A stretch of 64,000 bases of DNA. Source: Clostridia bacterium. GTDB lineage: Bacteria > Bacillota > Clostridia > Christensenellales > UBA1242. Location of the stretch: NCBI GenBank assembly GCA_045657465.1, contig JAZOTD010000026.1, positions 1,156-65,155 on the forward strand, read 5' to 3'. The position numbers and the translations under genes were made by a program. The notes below the pieces were generated by a model. It had not been told where the DNA came from and ran no database searches. It saw nothing but the letters and a program-made list of their open reading frames with translations. Positions 1 through 10,000 of this stretch are shown here, in pieces (position 1 is the stretch's first letter; every line of letters starts with the position of its first letter).

Positions 1-1
1 T

Positions 2-586
2 GAAAAAGATAAACTTGTTTTAACTTCACTTGGAAAACTTAGACTGCATCTTGCTGAGATGTTTGGCCTTATTGACAAATCTCGTCATGATGCACTTTGG
101 ATTGTAGATTTTCCACAATTTGAATACAGTGATGAAGAAGGACGTTTCGTTGCTTGTCACCACCCATTCACATGCCCAAAAGACGAAGATATTGAATATT
201 TGTTTAGTGATCCTGCAAGAGTTAGAGCAAAGGCATATGACCTTGTTGTTGATGGCTACGAGCTTGGTGGGGGAAGTATCAGAATTCATGACCAAGAACT
301 TCAAGCAAAAATGTTTAAAGCACTTGGATTTGAAGAAGATAGAATCAAATCATTGTTTGGTTTCTTCTTGGAAGCATTTAAATATGGTGCACCTCCTCAT
401 GGTGGTCTTGCATTTGGACTTGACAGACTTGTCATGCTTCTTACTGACACAACTGATATCAAAACTGTAATTGCATTCCCAAAAGTGCAAACAAGTGCTG
501 ACCTTTTGATGGAAGCTCCAGACTTTGTAACTGACGACCAAATGAAAGATGTTCATATTGAAACAATAATTACTGAAGAAGAATAA
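2..586 (+). CDS. aspS: Aspartyl-tRNA synthetase, C-terminal part (5' end lies outside the window)
   Basis: The frame is open from the window edge. The translation ...FVACHHPFTCPK...DLVVDGYELGGGSIRIH...GAPPHGGLAFGLDRLVMLL...IAFPK carries the class II aaRS motif-3 region typical of the AspRS C-terminus. TAA stop at 584-586. Confidence 0.9.
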   Translation, partial: EKDKLVLTSLGKLRLHLAEMFGLIDKSRHDALWIVDFPQFEYSDEEGRFVACHHPFTCPKDEDIEYLFSDPARVRAKAYDLVVDGYELGGGSIRIHDQELQAKMFKALGFEEDRIKSLFGFFLEAFKYGAPPHGGLAFGLDRLVMLLTDTTDIKTVIAFPKVQTSADLLMEAPDFVTDDQMKDVHIETIITEEE

Positions 587-611
587 AAAGTGCCTTAAAT
601 GGCACTTTTTT
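586..611 (+). terminator. Rho-independent terminator after aspS
   Basis: Hairpin AAAAGTGCC-TTAAAT-GGCACTTTT followed by a T-run, directly after the stop codon. Confidence 0.75.
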
Positions 612-700
612 ATATGATTTTTAACTTAAAATGATATATTTTGCGGTTTTTTATTATTTTAATTTGATTTATTGACAATAGTTTCTTTGATAAAATAAAT

Positions 701-730
701 TTGACTACAATAAAAATTTAATGATATAAT
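701..730 (+). promoter_or_regulatory. Sigma-A-type promoter for the HD-domain gene
   Basis: TTGACT (701-706), 18-nt spacer, extended -10 TGaTATAAT (722-730). RBS AAAGGAAG sits upstream of the ATG at 755. Confidence 0.6.
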
Positions 731-754
731 ATTGCTGCACAAAGGAAGAATGTT

Positions 755-1339
755 ATGAAAAATGAAATTGAATTTTATAAATATATTGAATCTCTAAGTC
801 ATGTAACACGTTATGGAAGCAATGAAGCACTTCACACAAGCGTTGCAGCTCACACTTTTGGAACGCTATTTATTGCTTATGATTTAATGAATCGTTTCGA
901 TTTAAGAGTTGACAAAAAACACGTTATGGAAATGCTTTTATTCCATGACATTGTTGAGTCTGGCATGAAATTCGATATTGAAGCACCAAAAACCGCTCAA
1001 AGTGAAAAACTCAAAGATAAAAAATATAACAGCGAACTAAAGAAAGTTAAAAAAATTAGTGAAGAATCTGGCAAGCCATATATCTATGACTTTTTTGTTG
1101 AATTTGAAGCACATGAAACTCGAGATGCCAAATTTGCAAAATTTGTTGATGGATTTGAAGCACAAAATCATATTTTAAACAATGAATGCAAAGGTTTCGA
1201 AAAAGAAGAAGATTTTGATTATGTTTTAAACAAATTAAAAGCACCACTTGATGAATTTCCTGAGCTTAAGCCATTTGTTGACGAAGTCAAACTTCGAATT
1301 TCTAAATATAGAGACAAGGTTGTAAAAAAGAAAAAATAG
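755..1339 (+). CDS. HD-domain phosphohydrolase (YfbR-like 5'-deoxynucleotidase family)
   Basis: The 194-aa ORF has the metal-ligand pattern ...SVAAHTF... and ...LLFHDIVES... (H...HD...D), typical of HD-superfamily nucleotidases. It has an RBS and its own promoter. Confidence 0.6.
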   Translation: MKNEIEFYKYIESLSHVTRYGSNEALHTSVAAHTFGTLFIAYDLMNRFDLRVDKKHVMEMLLFHDIVESGMKFDIEAPKTAQSEKLKDKKYNSELKKVKKISEESGKPYIYDFFVEFEAHETRDAKFAKFVDGFEAQNHILNNECKGFEKEEDFDYVLNKLKAPLDEFPELKPFVDEVKLRISKYRDKVVKKKK

Positions 1340-1365
1340 TTGGCTTTTTTGTCAACTATTTTTAT
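1338..1365 (+). terminator. Probable rho-independent terminator
   Basis: 7-bp stem AGTTGGC / GTCAACT (one G-T wobble) with a TTTTTT loop and a T-rich tail. Confidence 0.45.
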
Positions 1366-1379
1366 TATCTTAAATAATT

Positions 1380-1408
1380 TTGACAAATTCTATATTTTGA
1401 TATATAAT
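1380..1408 (+). promoter_or_regulatory. Consensus sigma-A promoter for the NUDIX gene
   Basis: Perfect TTGACA (1380-1385), 17-nt spacer, perfect TATAAT (1403-1408). RBS AAAGGTG precedes the ATG at 1428. Confidence 0.7.
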
Positions 1409-1427
1409 CATGAAAAGGTGAATTAAT

Positions 1428-1946
1428 ATGGCTTCAAAAGAATATTTCGAGGATAAATCAAAATTATATTATGAAAATTATTTAGCTGGCAAATGTACAA
1501 AAAAGGTCAGGGGGATAATTATTAATGAAATGGGGCAAATCTTACTTTTGCACTCAAATAGACACAATGGTTATTCAATTCCAGGCGGAACAGTAGAAGA
1601 AACCGAATCAATCAAAGACACGGTTTTGAGAGAGGTTTTTGAGGAAACTGGTGCAGAAATTGTTCCAATTAAAATTGTTGGCAAATATTATCATACATCT
1701 AAAAACTTTAACTATGATGGAATTACATTTGATTCAAACCGTGTTGAATACTTTTATTTTTGCAAGTTTAAGGGCCTTACTGAACACAACCTTGGACTTA
1801 AAGGTGAGTTTGATGATGGTGACATACAGATAGAATTTTTGGACTATGAAGACGTTATGAGAGCACGTTTGTTAAAACGTGATAAGTCTATGATTGAAAG
1901 GGCAATGAATGAATATTTGCTCTACAAGGCTGACGAAATTGAATAA
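1428..1946 (+). CDS. NUDIX hydrolase
   Basis: Nudix box GGTVEETESIKDTVLREVFEETG matches GX5EX7REUXEEXGU. Confidence 0.85.
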   Translation: MASKEYFEDKSKLYYENYLAGKCTKKVRGIIINEMGQILLLHSNRHNGYSIPGGTVEETESIKDTVLREVFEETGAEIVPIKIVGKYYHTSKNFNYDGITFDSNRVEYFYFCKFKGLTEHNLGLKGEFDDGDIQIEFLDYEDVMRARLLKRDKSMIERAMNEYLLYKADEIE

Positions 1947-1980
1947 AAGAAAAAAGAACCAAATTTATGGTTCTTTTTTT
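1947..1980. terminator. Bidirectional rho-independent terminator between convergent genes
   Basis: Stem AGAACCA (1954-1960) / TGGTTCT (1967-1973), flanked by an A-run on the left and a T-run on the right. It can serve both the NUDIX gene (+) and the 669-aa gene (-). Confidence 0.7.
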
Positions 1981-3988
1981 ATTTTTCATTTTTTATTTGA
2001 TTAGCTTGGTTTTCGTGATAATTTGGTTTTTCTTCTTTTTGATATTTGATTCCATCACGACCAATTTTTCTTTTTCTAAATAACAATATTAATATTAACA
2101 ATCCAATATTGACTGCAATAAGCACACAACCTAGAATTTGAAGAGTTGTCCAAGATGTTGTTTCAACATAGTCCGTTTTTATATATCCATCTAAAACATT
2201 GCCATACTCGTCGTTATATTTAATATATGTGTATCCATTTTTTGTGTTGCGTTTTCCTTGAATTTGAACGGCTTGATCTTTTTTTAATACATCTTTAACA
2301 ACACTTTTTGAATCAGCAGAGGTGTAAACATATGTTCCATCTTTTTTAATATTTGCATTGGTAATCAAGAAATCTATATTTTTAGAAGGAGCAATAATTG
2401 AGTTGCAGTCTATATAACCAATTTCATCTCCAACTTTTACTTTTAACATCTTTGAATTGTTGGCTGTATATTCACAAATTGTGTCAATAATATTAACTTT
2501 TTGATGAACTGAAATGGTTTTTATGACTGTTGAGTATCCGGTTGTGATTTTTTCTCCGCCAACAACTTTTGTTGGGAGAGAGTAGAGTTTTGTTCCAGCA
2601 TGAACAGTGAATGTTGGATTGAATCTATAATCTTTAATATCAATGATTGATTTATTGTCAACATCCTCAAGTTTTGTATAACCCTTATAGTTTGTGTCAT
2701 TTGCTGTATACAAACAAACGATGTAATCTGCAAGCTGATATCCGCTGGACTTAATTGAACTTGTTCCTATTTGAATCAAATCAACCGCTTGTGGAATTTC
2801 AACAATTGCTGCCGAATCCCAAGGATTTGCAAGCAAAGGGGTTGTTTTATTTGTGTGTTTATAAACAAAGTTTGAATCTTCAAAATATGTAATTTCTAAA
2901 CTTGGGTTTGAAATTGAATCACTATCGCAAGAATATGAGTCTTGAGACAATGAAAACTTGTCATAATGAATAGATTGTCCAATAGGGTAGATGAGATATT
3001 CGGCATTTGTTAATGCGTATGAAGAATTACCTTCATGGGTAACATATGTTTTCTTTTCAAATTTGGTGTTTGTTCCATCGCCAATATTAAAGTTATAGAT
3101 TTGTGTATTTTGAGAAGTAACATCATTTGATGTTTCTTGATATGTTATAGCAAAATGTTTTTGATCAGAAATTGTCATTATATTGGCACTGACAATTTCA
3201 ATATTTTCAATAGTGCTTTCAAGTGAATCATAAAGTTGAGTGATAGATGTGATTTGTGCAGTTTCAGTTTTTAAGGTTGTAAGTGAAATTTCTGTAAAAC
3301 TTACAACACTTCCATGTATGAAAACCAATTGAATTTCATCATTAGAAGGCATGATTGTAAATGTCTTAAACAAATCATTTTTAACTGCTAAGATGTTTGA
3401 TTGTGTTACATCAAAAGTAATTACACATTCAAAATCAACCGAAAAATCGTCTGCTTTAGCGCATATAACAACCGGTGTTACATCTTGTTCATTTTGTGTA
3501 TTTGTAAGCGTAATTAAGTATGTTTCAACACCATCAACAACTGCTTCTTGAACGAATATTTTTGTATGTAGATCATTAATTGTTGTTGAGGTCAAAGACT
3601 TAACTTCTTTTGTTTCAATGTTGATTTTTAAAACGAAATTTGATGATTGATCTGATGCTAAAACAAACAAATTATTTTTTATAAACATAGCATCAATAAT
3701 AGTGTAGTTTGACAGATCTAAATATTCATCTTCAAAAGCAGAGTCAGCATAGCAATAGACTTTTAAAAAGTTGTCATATGAATCAATTGTATAAACTTTT
3801 TTATTATCAACATCACCATGAATTGTTGAATAGGTTGGTGATCTTAAGAATACTGATTCAGCCGCACTAAACTGTCTCGGCTGAGCCTTGGCTTCTTTTG
3901 ATACATAAAAAGGACATGCTAATAGCAAAAGCGAAAAGCATATCAAAACTGAAAATATAAATCTTTTAAGATTAAAATCTTTCTTCAT
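1979..3988 (-). CDS. Secreted, membrane-anchored protein: signal peptide, about 430-aa beta-rich ectodomain, two SH3b-like segments, C-terminal TM helix and charged tail
   Basis: N-terminus MKKDFNLKRFIFSVLICFSLLLLACPF...AKAQP. The C-terminal part has two ~65-aa segments ending in GYIDCNSII and GYIKTDYVE (a GW/Y-V-x-x-x-Y-V/L-type SH3b ending). These are followed by WTTLQILGCVLIAVNIGLLILILLF and then RKRK plus a Lys/Glu/Asn-rich tail. Confidence 0.6.
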   Translation of the reverse strand: MKKDFNLKRFIFSVLICFSLLLLACPFYVSKEAKAQPRQFSAAESVFLRSPTYSTIHGDVDNKKVYTIDSYDNFLKVYCYADSAFEDEYLDLSNYTIIDAMFIKNNLFVLASDQSSNFVLKINIETKEVKSLTSTTINDLHTKIFVQEAVVDGVETYLITLTNTQNEQDVTPVVICAKADDFSVDFECVITFDVTQSNILAVKNDLFKTFTIMPSNDEIQLVFIHGSVVSFTEISLTTLKTETAQITSITQLYDSLESTIENIEIVSANIMTISDQKHFAITYQETSNDVTSQNTQIYNFNIGDGTNTKFEKKTYVTHEGNSSYALTNAEYLIYPIGQSIHYDKFSLSQDSYSCDSDSISNPSLEITYFEDSNFVYKHTNKTTPLLANPWDSAAIVEIPQAVDLIQIGTSSIKSSGYQLADYIVCLYTANDTNYKGYTKLEDVDNKSIIDIKDYRFNPTFTVHAGTKLYSLPTKVVGGEKITTGYSTVIKTISVHQKVNIIDTICEYTANNSKMLKVKVGDEIGYIDCNSIIAPSKNIDFLITNANIKKDGTYVYTSADSKSVVKDVLKKDQAVQIQGKRNTKNGYTYIKYNDEYGNVLDGYIKTDYVETTSWTTLQILGCVLIAVNIGLLILILLFRKRKIGRDGIKYQKEEKPNYHENQANQIKNEK

Positions 3989-3994
3989 AGCATT

Positions 3995-4023
3995 ATTATA
4001 TTATTATTTCTAAAATTTTACAA
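3995..4023 (-). promoter_or_regulatory. Candidate promoter for the 669-aa gene, implying a leaderless or near-leaderless mRNA
   Basis: On the minus strand: TTGTAA (4023-4018), 17-nt spacer, TATAAT (4000-3995). Only 6 nt separate it from the ATG at 3988, and no Shine-Dalgarno is visible. AT-rich DNA makes chance matches likely. Confidence 0.3.
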
Positions 4024-4039
4024 ACAAATGCAAACAAAA

Positions 4040-4075
4040 AATAAAAAACCAAGCAAATTTAGCTTGGTTTTTTAT
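4040..4075 (-). terminator. Rho-independent (bidirectional-type) terminator downstream of the giant ORF
   Basis: Stem ACCAAGC (4048-4054) / GCTTGGT (4062-4068) with a 7-nt loop and flanking A- and T-runs. It lies about 30 nt after the stop at 4100-4102. Confidence 0.7.
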
Positions 4076-4099
4076 TGGGAGATAAGTTAATTAAAGTTG

Positions 4100-7000
4100 C
4101 TATCCCTTGTCGGCCTCTATAATAACTTGTCTGAATTGGGCATCGAGTTTTTCACTATTAAGTCCAACCCATTTAATATACATTTCGCCATCGTCGCTTT
4201 CTTCTACAGTGTAGCATGAAGCATAGAGAGCAGCAACAAGTCCCATAACTTCTTCGTTAACGTTATCACCACGCATCGCCGCAGCAGAGTAAATTGCACA
4301 TGCCGTAGCAACAGTTGCAACAACCGCCGCAGTAACCATAATTGCAGTTCCGACCCAACCGATAGGGTTCCAACAGGTAAGAGCAATAACAATGATTGTG
4401 GCAATAACAGTGATCCATGCGAACAATCGTTCTGCTTTGATATAACCAGGTTCTGGGTCAAATGCATAAACACCAACGATAATTCGGTTTTCCATAGATG
4501 TCTTGTCATAATCTTTTTGGTTGTCATCAATGTTGAAGGTTCGGTTGTCAACAAACACAATTGCATTAACTCTCTTGATTTCAACATTGCCACCAGAACG
4601 ACTTTCTGAGTTTTTAGCAAAATCTTTTGGTGCAAGTGAAGCTGTTGTATCAACAAGAGAAATATAATTGCTTGCAAAGTTTGAATGAAGTCTAGCCATT
4701 GCACCCAATGTTTGCATCCAGTGTGATCCATAACTCTTTGTGGCCATGTCACCAGATTTATACTTAAGCATTTGCTGCATACGTGTTGTTTTTTGTCCAT
4801 TAACTTCTTTTTCTTTAAGGTATCCAGAATCAGAACCCATCAAAATAGTGTCACCAGGACATCCAGACCAAACAAATGAATCCATCTCAATGTCGAGAGT
4901 GATGTAATTGTTTGCTGTGAAGTAATAACTGTATGCATGGTCTGCATAATAGCTGTTTACATATGGCCAGTTGTCTGATCTATACATAACTTGACGTTGA
5001 TACATCTTCTTGAGTTTTATGCTAGAAATCATCAATTCACCTTGACCAAAGTATGATTGAACGAAGTTTGCATCATTTGCATTTACTGATGGGTTTAAAA
5101 TATCAACAACTTTAATTTTGAGATATTTTCCACCAACCATACTTGGTTTTGGAATCGATGTTGCATCTGCATGTCTAGCAATAAAGTCATAAAGTGAAGT
5201 GTAACTGCTAACGTATGTGCCCGAATTGTTATCCGCAAATAAGTATTGTGGATATTTTCCGTTCTTTGAAGCATAGTTTTCAGGGTTGAAACCATTGATG
5301 TATGTGATGTATGAAAGTGCAGATGCTCTTATTTTAACATCATTAGATTTATTTTCATAAATATTTGTTAACTGCGTCAGCACTTTATATGCATCTGAAA
5401 TAATGTATAAATTGTATTTGTCAAACAATATTCCATTTTCTTCATTCAATCCAGGTGCGTTCTTGTTAGATTGTAAGTGTGCTTTCTGGATATTTCCTAC
5501 ATACAAACTCTCAATTACGTGACCTTCATCACCTTGTATATCATTGTTATAGATATTTTCGCCATTACTAAACAACATATTTCTAATTTCAGGTTCTAGA
5601 GCGACAGGGTCGTCAGCACCAAACTGTGCTTGCGGATTGACAGCCATCAATGCTCTTGTGAATATAATGTTTATGTTAACATTTAAGTTTGGCAAATCAA
5701 AGAACACGTTTTGTGAACTTGTTGTGTAGATATTTCCAAAGAAGCTACCAACATCTTTGCTTGTTTCAACAAATGAAATGTCATATGCTGAACCAGTTGT
5801 GGCACCAGCACGAGTTCCACGTTTTTCATCAAGACCAGCTGGTTGATAAATCAAATCAGTGTCTGTCTTGTGTGTGTAATCAATGGTTTTTCCATATACT
5901 TTCAAATTGTATAATGTTGAACCTTCATATTCAGGTGCTTGCAAGTTTTTAGTATCAGCAACAATTTTAACATCAGGAATTGAACCGCTGTCATCATAGA
6001 AAATCTTGATGGAAATTTTGATATGTGCAACAACTTGACCATCGCCATAAGGCAAAATTTCAATTTCGCAGTTTGTATCAAATTTCTTTTTGTTCATTTC
6101 ATCCATTGTAAATTGCGACATTACTTCAATGTTTTGAAGTCTCTTATCTGTTGTGAACATATCAGATGTAATGACATATTCGCCACCACCAATAGCAATT
6201 GAGAACAAGCCTTTCTTTAAGGTGTAGATATCATATTCATTTGTGATATCATTCAAAGACAATGTCATGTATGTTGAATAATCTAAAATGTCTTTGTTGA
6301 TATTTGAACTAGAAATGTTTCTTGAAACATTAGCATAAGTAACTGCATCAACTTCATCTGTGAGCACAATTCCATTTTTGATCATTGTTTCATACTTTGT
6401 GATCCATGGATTTTCTTTATTTTCTGAACCACCATTTGCTGTCCATTGAGCGATTATGGTTTCAATGTTTGAGGTAGAGAATAAATAAATATTAATATTT
6501 TCAGGATCAAAAGTTGCCGTAATAAATTCAGTTGATGGAATAACCGCTAATGTGTAATCTTTTCCATCATCGCCTAAGAATTTGTATTTATAGGTTACAT
6601 ATGAATAAGTTGTTATATCAACTTCGTTCGCATCAACGTGGTGAACTTTTCCGTCATAAACAACTTCAGCATATCCGTTTCCAGTTGGAACAACATCAAA
6701 GATAGAGAATACATATTTGTTGTTTGAGTTAACAAGCAAATCATCTTGTTCTGCATCAGCATATTCAGATTTTGAAATGTATTGACCACTGCCATAAGCA
6801 GATTTGTTACCAATTTCAGTGTTATCTTCAAAATATGTTGCATTGTATTCAAGATATGTTTCAATAGGGAAGTATTCAATAATCTTGTAACAATAAACAG
6901 CTGTGCCGTTTGCAACTTCAGCTCTTCCAACGATATCAGAACTGCTTGTTGTTCCTTTACCCATTTGCAATGTGCGATAGAACGCAGGCTCTAAAATTAC

Positions 7001-10000
7001 ATATCTATCACCAGAAAGATCAGTTAAAATGTTGAAATAGGTTCCACCGTGTTCAACTATTTCAAAGTTTTCTGCAGAACTATAATTTGTATTGTTTATT
7101 GTAATGCTTGAATATTGTTTTTGATCCCTTGCATTTACTGTAACTTCAACATCTTTTGCTTGATATGCATGAAGAGAAGGAATAAATCTCTTATCTGCTT
7201 TATCAAGTCTGATATCTACAGGTTTGTAAACCAAGAATCCAAATTGATTTGAAACATCCCAATCAATTGTTTGTGACAAAATTTGAGTTGGAGTAGCTTT
7301 TCTTCCAGTGTTGTCATTGGTGATAAGCATTAATCCTTGGTTGTCATAAAGTGTATAAACAAACTTACTGTCATTGTTTGCTTGTTTATAATTGATTGTT
7401 GCTTCTGAAATAACAAGCTGTTGACTATTTTCTTTGCTCATTTGGAATTGAGGTTCTTTCAATGAATCATTCTTTGTATAAGCTGCTGGGTTAATCCAAT
7501 CACCACTTTCTTCTTTTACATTTTCAATATACTCTTCACTATATGAAATATAAGTGTCAAGTTTTAATTGATCAGTTGATGGGTCAGTGTAATAACCTGA
7601 TTCAATATCGCCAAGCTCAATTTCAAGTTGATATTGAACAGCCTTGTAGTAGAAGTAAAGTTGAACATCATTTGTAACATTCATAAGAAGAATGTTGTTT
7701 CCAGTTCCTTTAAGTTGTGTTTCATCAACTGTGATCTTTCCACCACCAGAAGCGTATTCATAATGAAGAACACGGTCATCAAGAATGTAAAGATTTGTAT
7801 CATCTGGTTCTGGATTTCCAACTAAGGTTTGCATATTTGCATATCTATAATCTTCATCTTTGTCAGTCTTTACTTCACCATTTTCATCAAATACTTCACC
7901 TTTGATATCATCAATGCTAACTGTATTGTCAATATAGTTTGAATTGAAGATTGATTCAATTTGAGTCATTGAACTATCTTTTCCAAGTGAATATCCAAGG
8001 AACACACTTCCATTATAGGCTCTTGCTTTAATCCAGCTGTCACCTTCATATTCTGCAAGCATAATACCTTTAACATATCCACAAGTTGCTTCTTCAACAG
8101 AATTTGTATTGAAGAAATCTCTATAAACATCATTCATTTCAATTTCTTCACCAACAATATATTCTTGAAGATTTAATTGAATTACTTCAATTGAATATAT
8201 TACTGGGCTATAAACTGCAAATACATTAACATTTCCAAATATAGGAATATCAAAATTGTATGTTACAGAAATTATTGTTCCACTTCCGTCTTTAGTGAAA
8301 ACAAATGGTGAGTTTTCAGTATTGGTTTTAAATACTTCATAATCAATTGATAAGAAGTTGCAATATTCAAATTTTGATAAATATTCTAGGTTCTGCAAAC
8401 CTGTAAGTGGAGGAGTGTCATTAACATTAATTTTATAATTAAGCCATAGTGTATTTGTTGCAGAAATGTTAATGTCAGAGAATACAATAAATCCTTTCAA
8501 ATAATAACCAGCATATGCATTTGCTGTAATGCTTGTTATTTTTGCTGAAGTGTATTGCATGCTTTCTTCTTTTCCAGTAACAGAAGCTTTAATTGTTTCA
8601 CTGATATATCCAACATCTGAATAGCCATTCACAACCGAACCAGCCACAGACGAAGTGCAAATATAACAATTTTGTGAACTTCTTATAAAGCTCTTACTAT
8701 CAACAGAACTATATGTTAAAGCAAGCAAAGCAGTTTCATCTTTTGCTTCAAGTGCAGCATTAAAGTTTGTTGAGTTTACTGAATAAAGTAATCTGGTTTG
8801 ATATCCGTAATAATAAAGTCGATCAGAACCATTGCTATAAATTATCACTTTTTTATCATTAACAACCTTCCAGAGCAATGCAATTTGATCATCGTCAAGT
8901 CCGTTAGAATTTTCCAATAAACCATCATAAATTGAAAGATTAATAACATCATTTCCATCTAAATAATTGATTGTTTCAGGGAAATTTACAAAATTTTCAG
9001 TTCTTGCGGCGTATGGCACTCTATATGTTTTTGAGAATGAACATGAACTTGTAATGTTAGTGCCAGCAGCAAGCTTAATTATTCCTGTTTCTGGATAATA
9101 ATATATTTTTGATGCGCCATTTGTATATTCAACTTCTGTTGCGTTTGATGCAACTGTTACGCTAGGTTCATGGGCAAGTTGATTATAAGTGATTGTAGCA
9201 GGCAATACAACATATGAATCCAAGTGATATTTAGCTCTTTCAAGTTCACTTAATATTTTTGCATTAACATGAACAGGAACTCCTGAGGTTGACGATGTAT
9301 CAACAACAGCATCTTCATTAAATGGATAATCAATATAAAGTTTTGTTCCAGAAATGTAATACTTAAACTTTAATGAATCATTTGTTGTGAATGAATTTAC
9401 AGAAACTTCTTGAGAACCACATTCAACTTCAATTGTTTCGCCACCAGATTTAATAATTTTAACAACAGGGGAAGATAGTGTGTAATCTTCTTGATAAAGT
9501 TTCATTACATCATCATCTTCAATATAAATCAAACCATCATTCTTGCAATAGTAATATTTCATACCATCTGTAATATACATATATGGATAATCATCTTTTG
9601 TATCAGAATCAACATTATCTTGAACATTGATTCCATAACCATTAATTGCAATTTGTTCATAAACAACATCAAGTTTAACATCATTTTCATAGAAGTCATC
9701 TAGCTGAGCTTCATATTCAGACTCTGTAATTTCATCTGAAAAATCATAGCTTGTATAGAATTTGCTTCCATTAATATAATATTTGAAAGATTTTCCTTCA
9801 ACAGGGCTGATTAGAACATAGAATGCAGATTTCTTAACTTCGGCTTCATATTTTACTTGAACTTTTGAATTGTCAGACATATCTTCAGTTTTTTCTTCAA
9901 GTTTTGAGTTGCTGTCATTATGAACAAGCTCAGTGTATGATGCTTCATAAATGCTTGCTTTGATTGTTCTAGATGCATAGTTGCCAGTTTCTGGAGCCTT

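Noticed and set aside
26-556. ORFs at 26-304 (-), 120-470 (+) and 350-556 (-), which overlap aspS.
   Set aside because: The aspS frame carries unmistakable class II synthetase motifs. The others are alternative-frame or antisense shadows.
4204-4800. A 198-aa same-strand alternative-frame ORF, and dozens of 60-116-aa ORFs on both strands inside 4100-36355 (for example 9491-9703, 16495-16815, 23287-23637, 31042-31389).
   Set aside because: All are nested inside the 32-kb ORF. Their composition is low-complexity (Leu/Ile/Gln/His-rich shadow frames), they lack RBSs, and they are the length expected by chance. The long frame explains the region.
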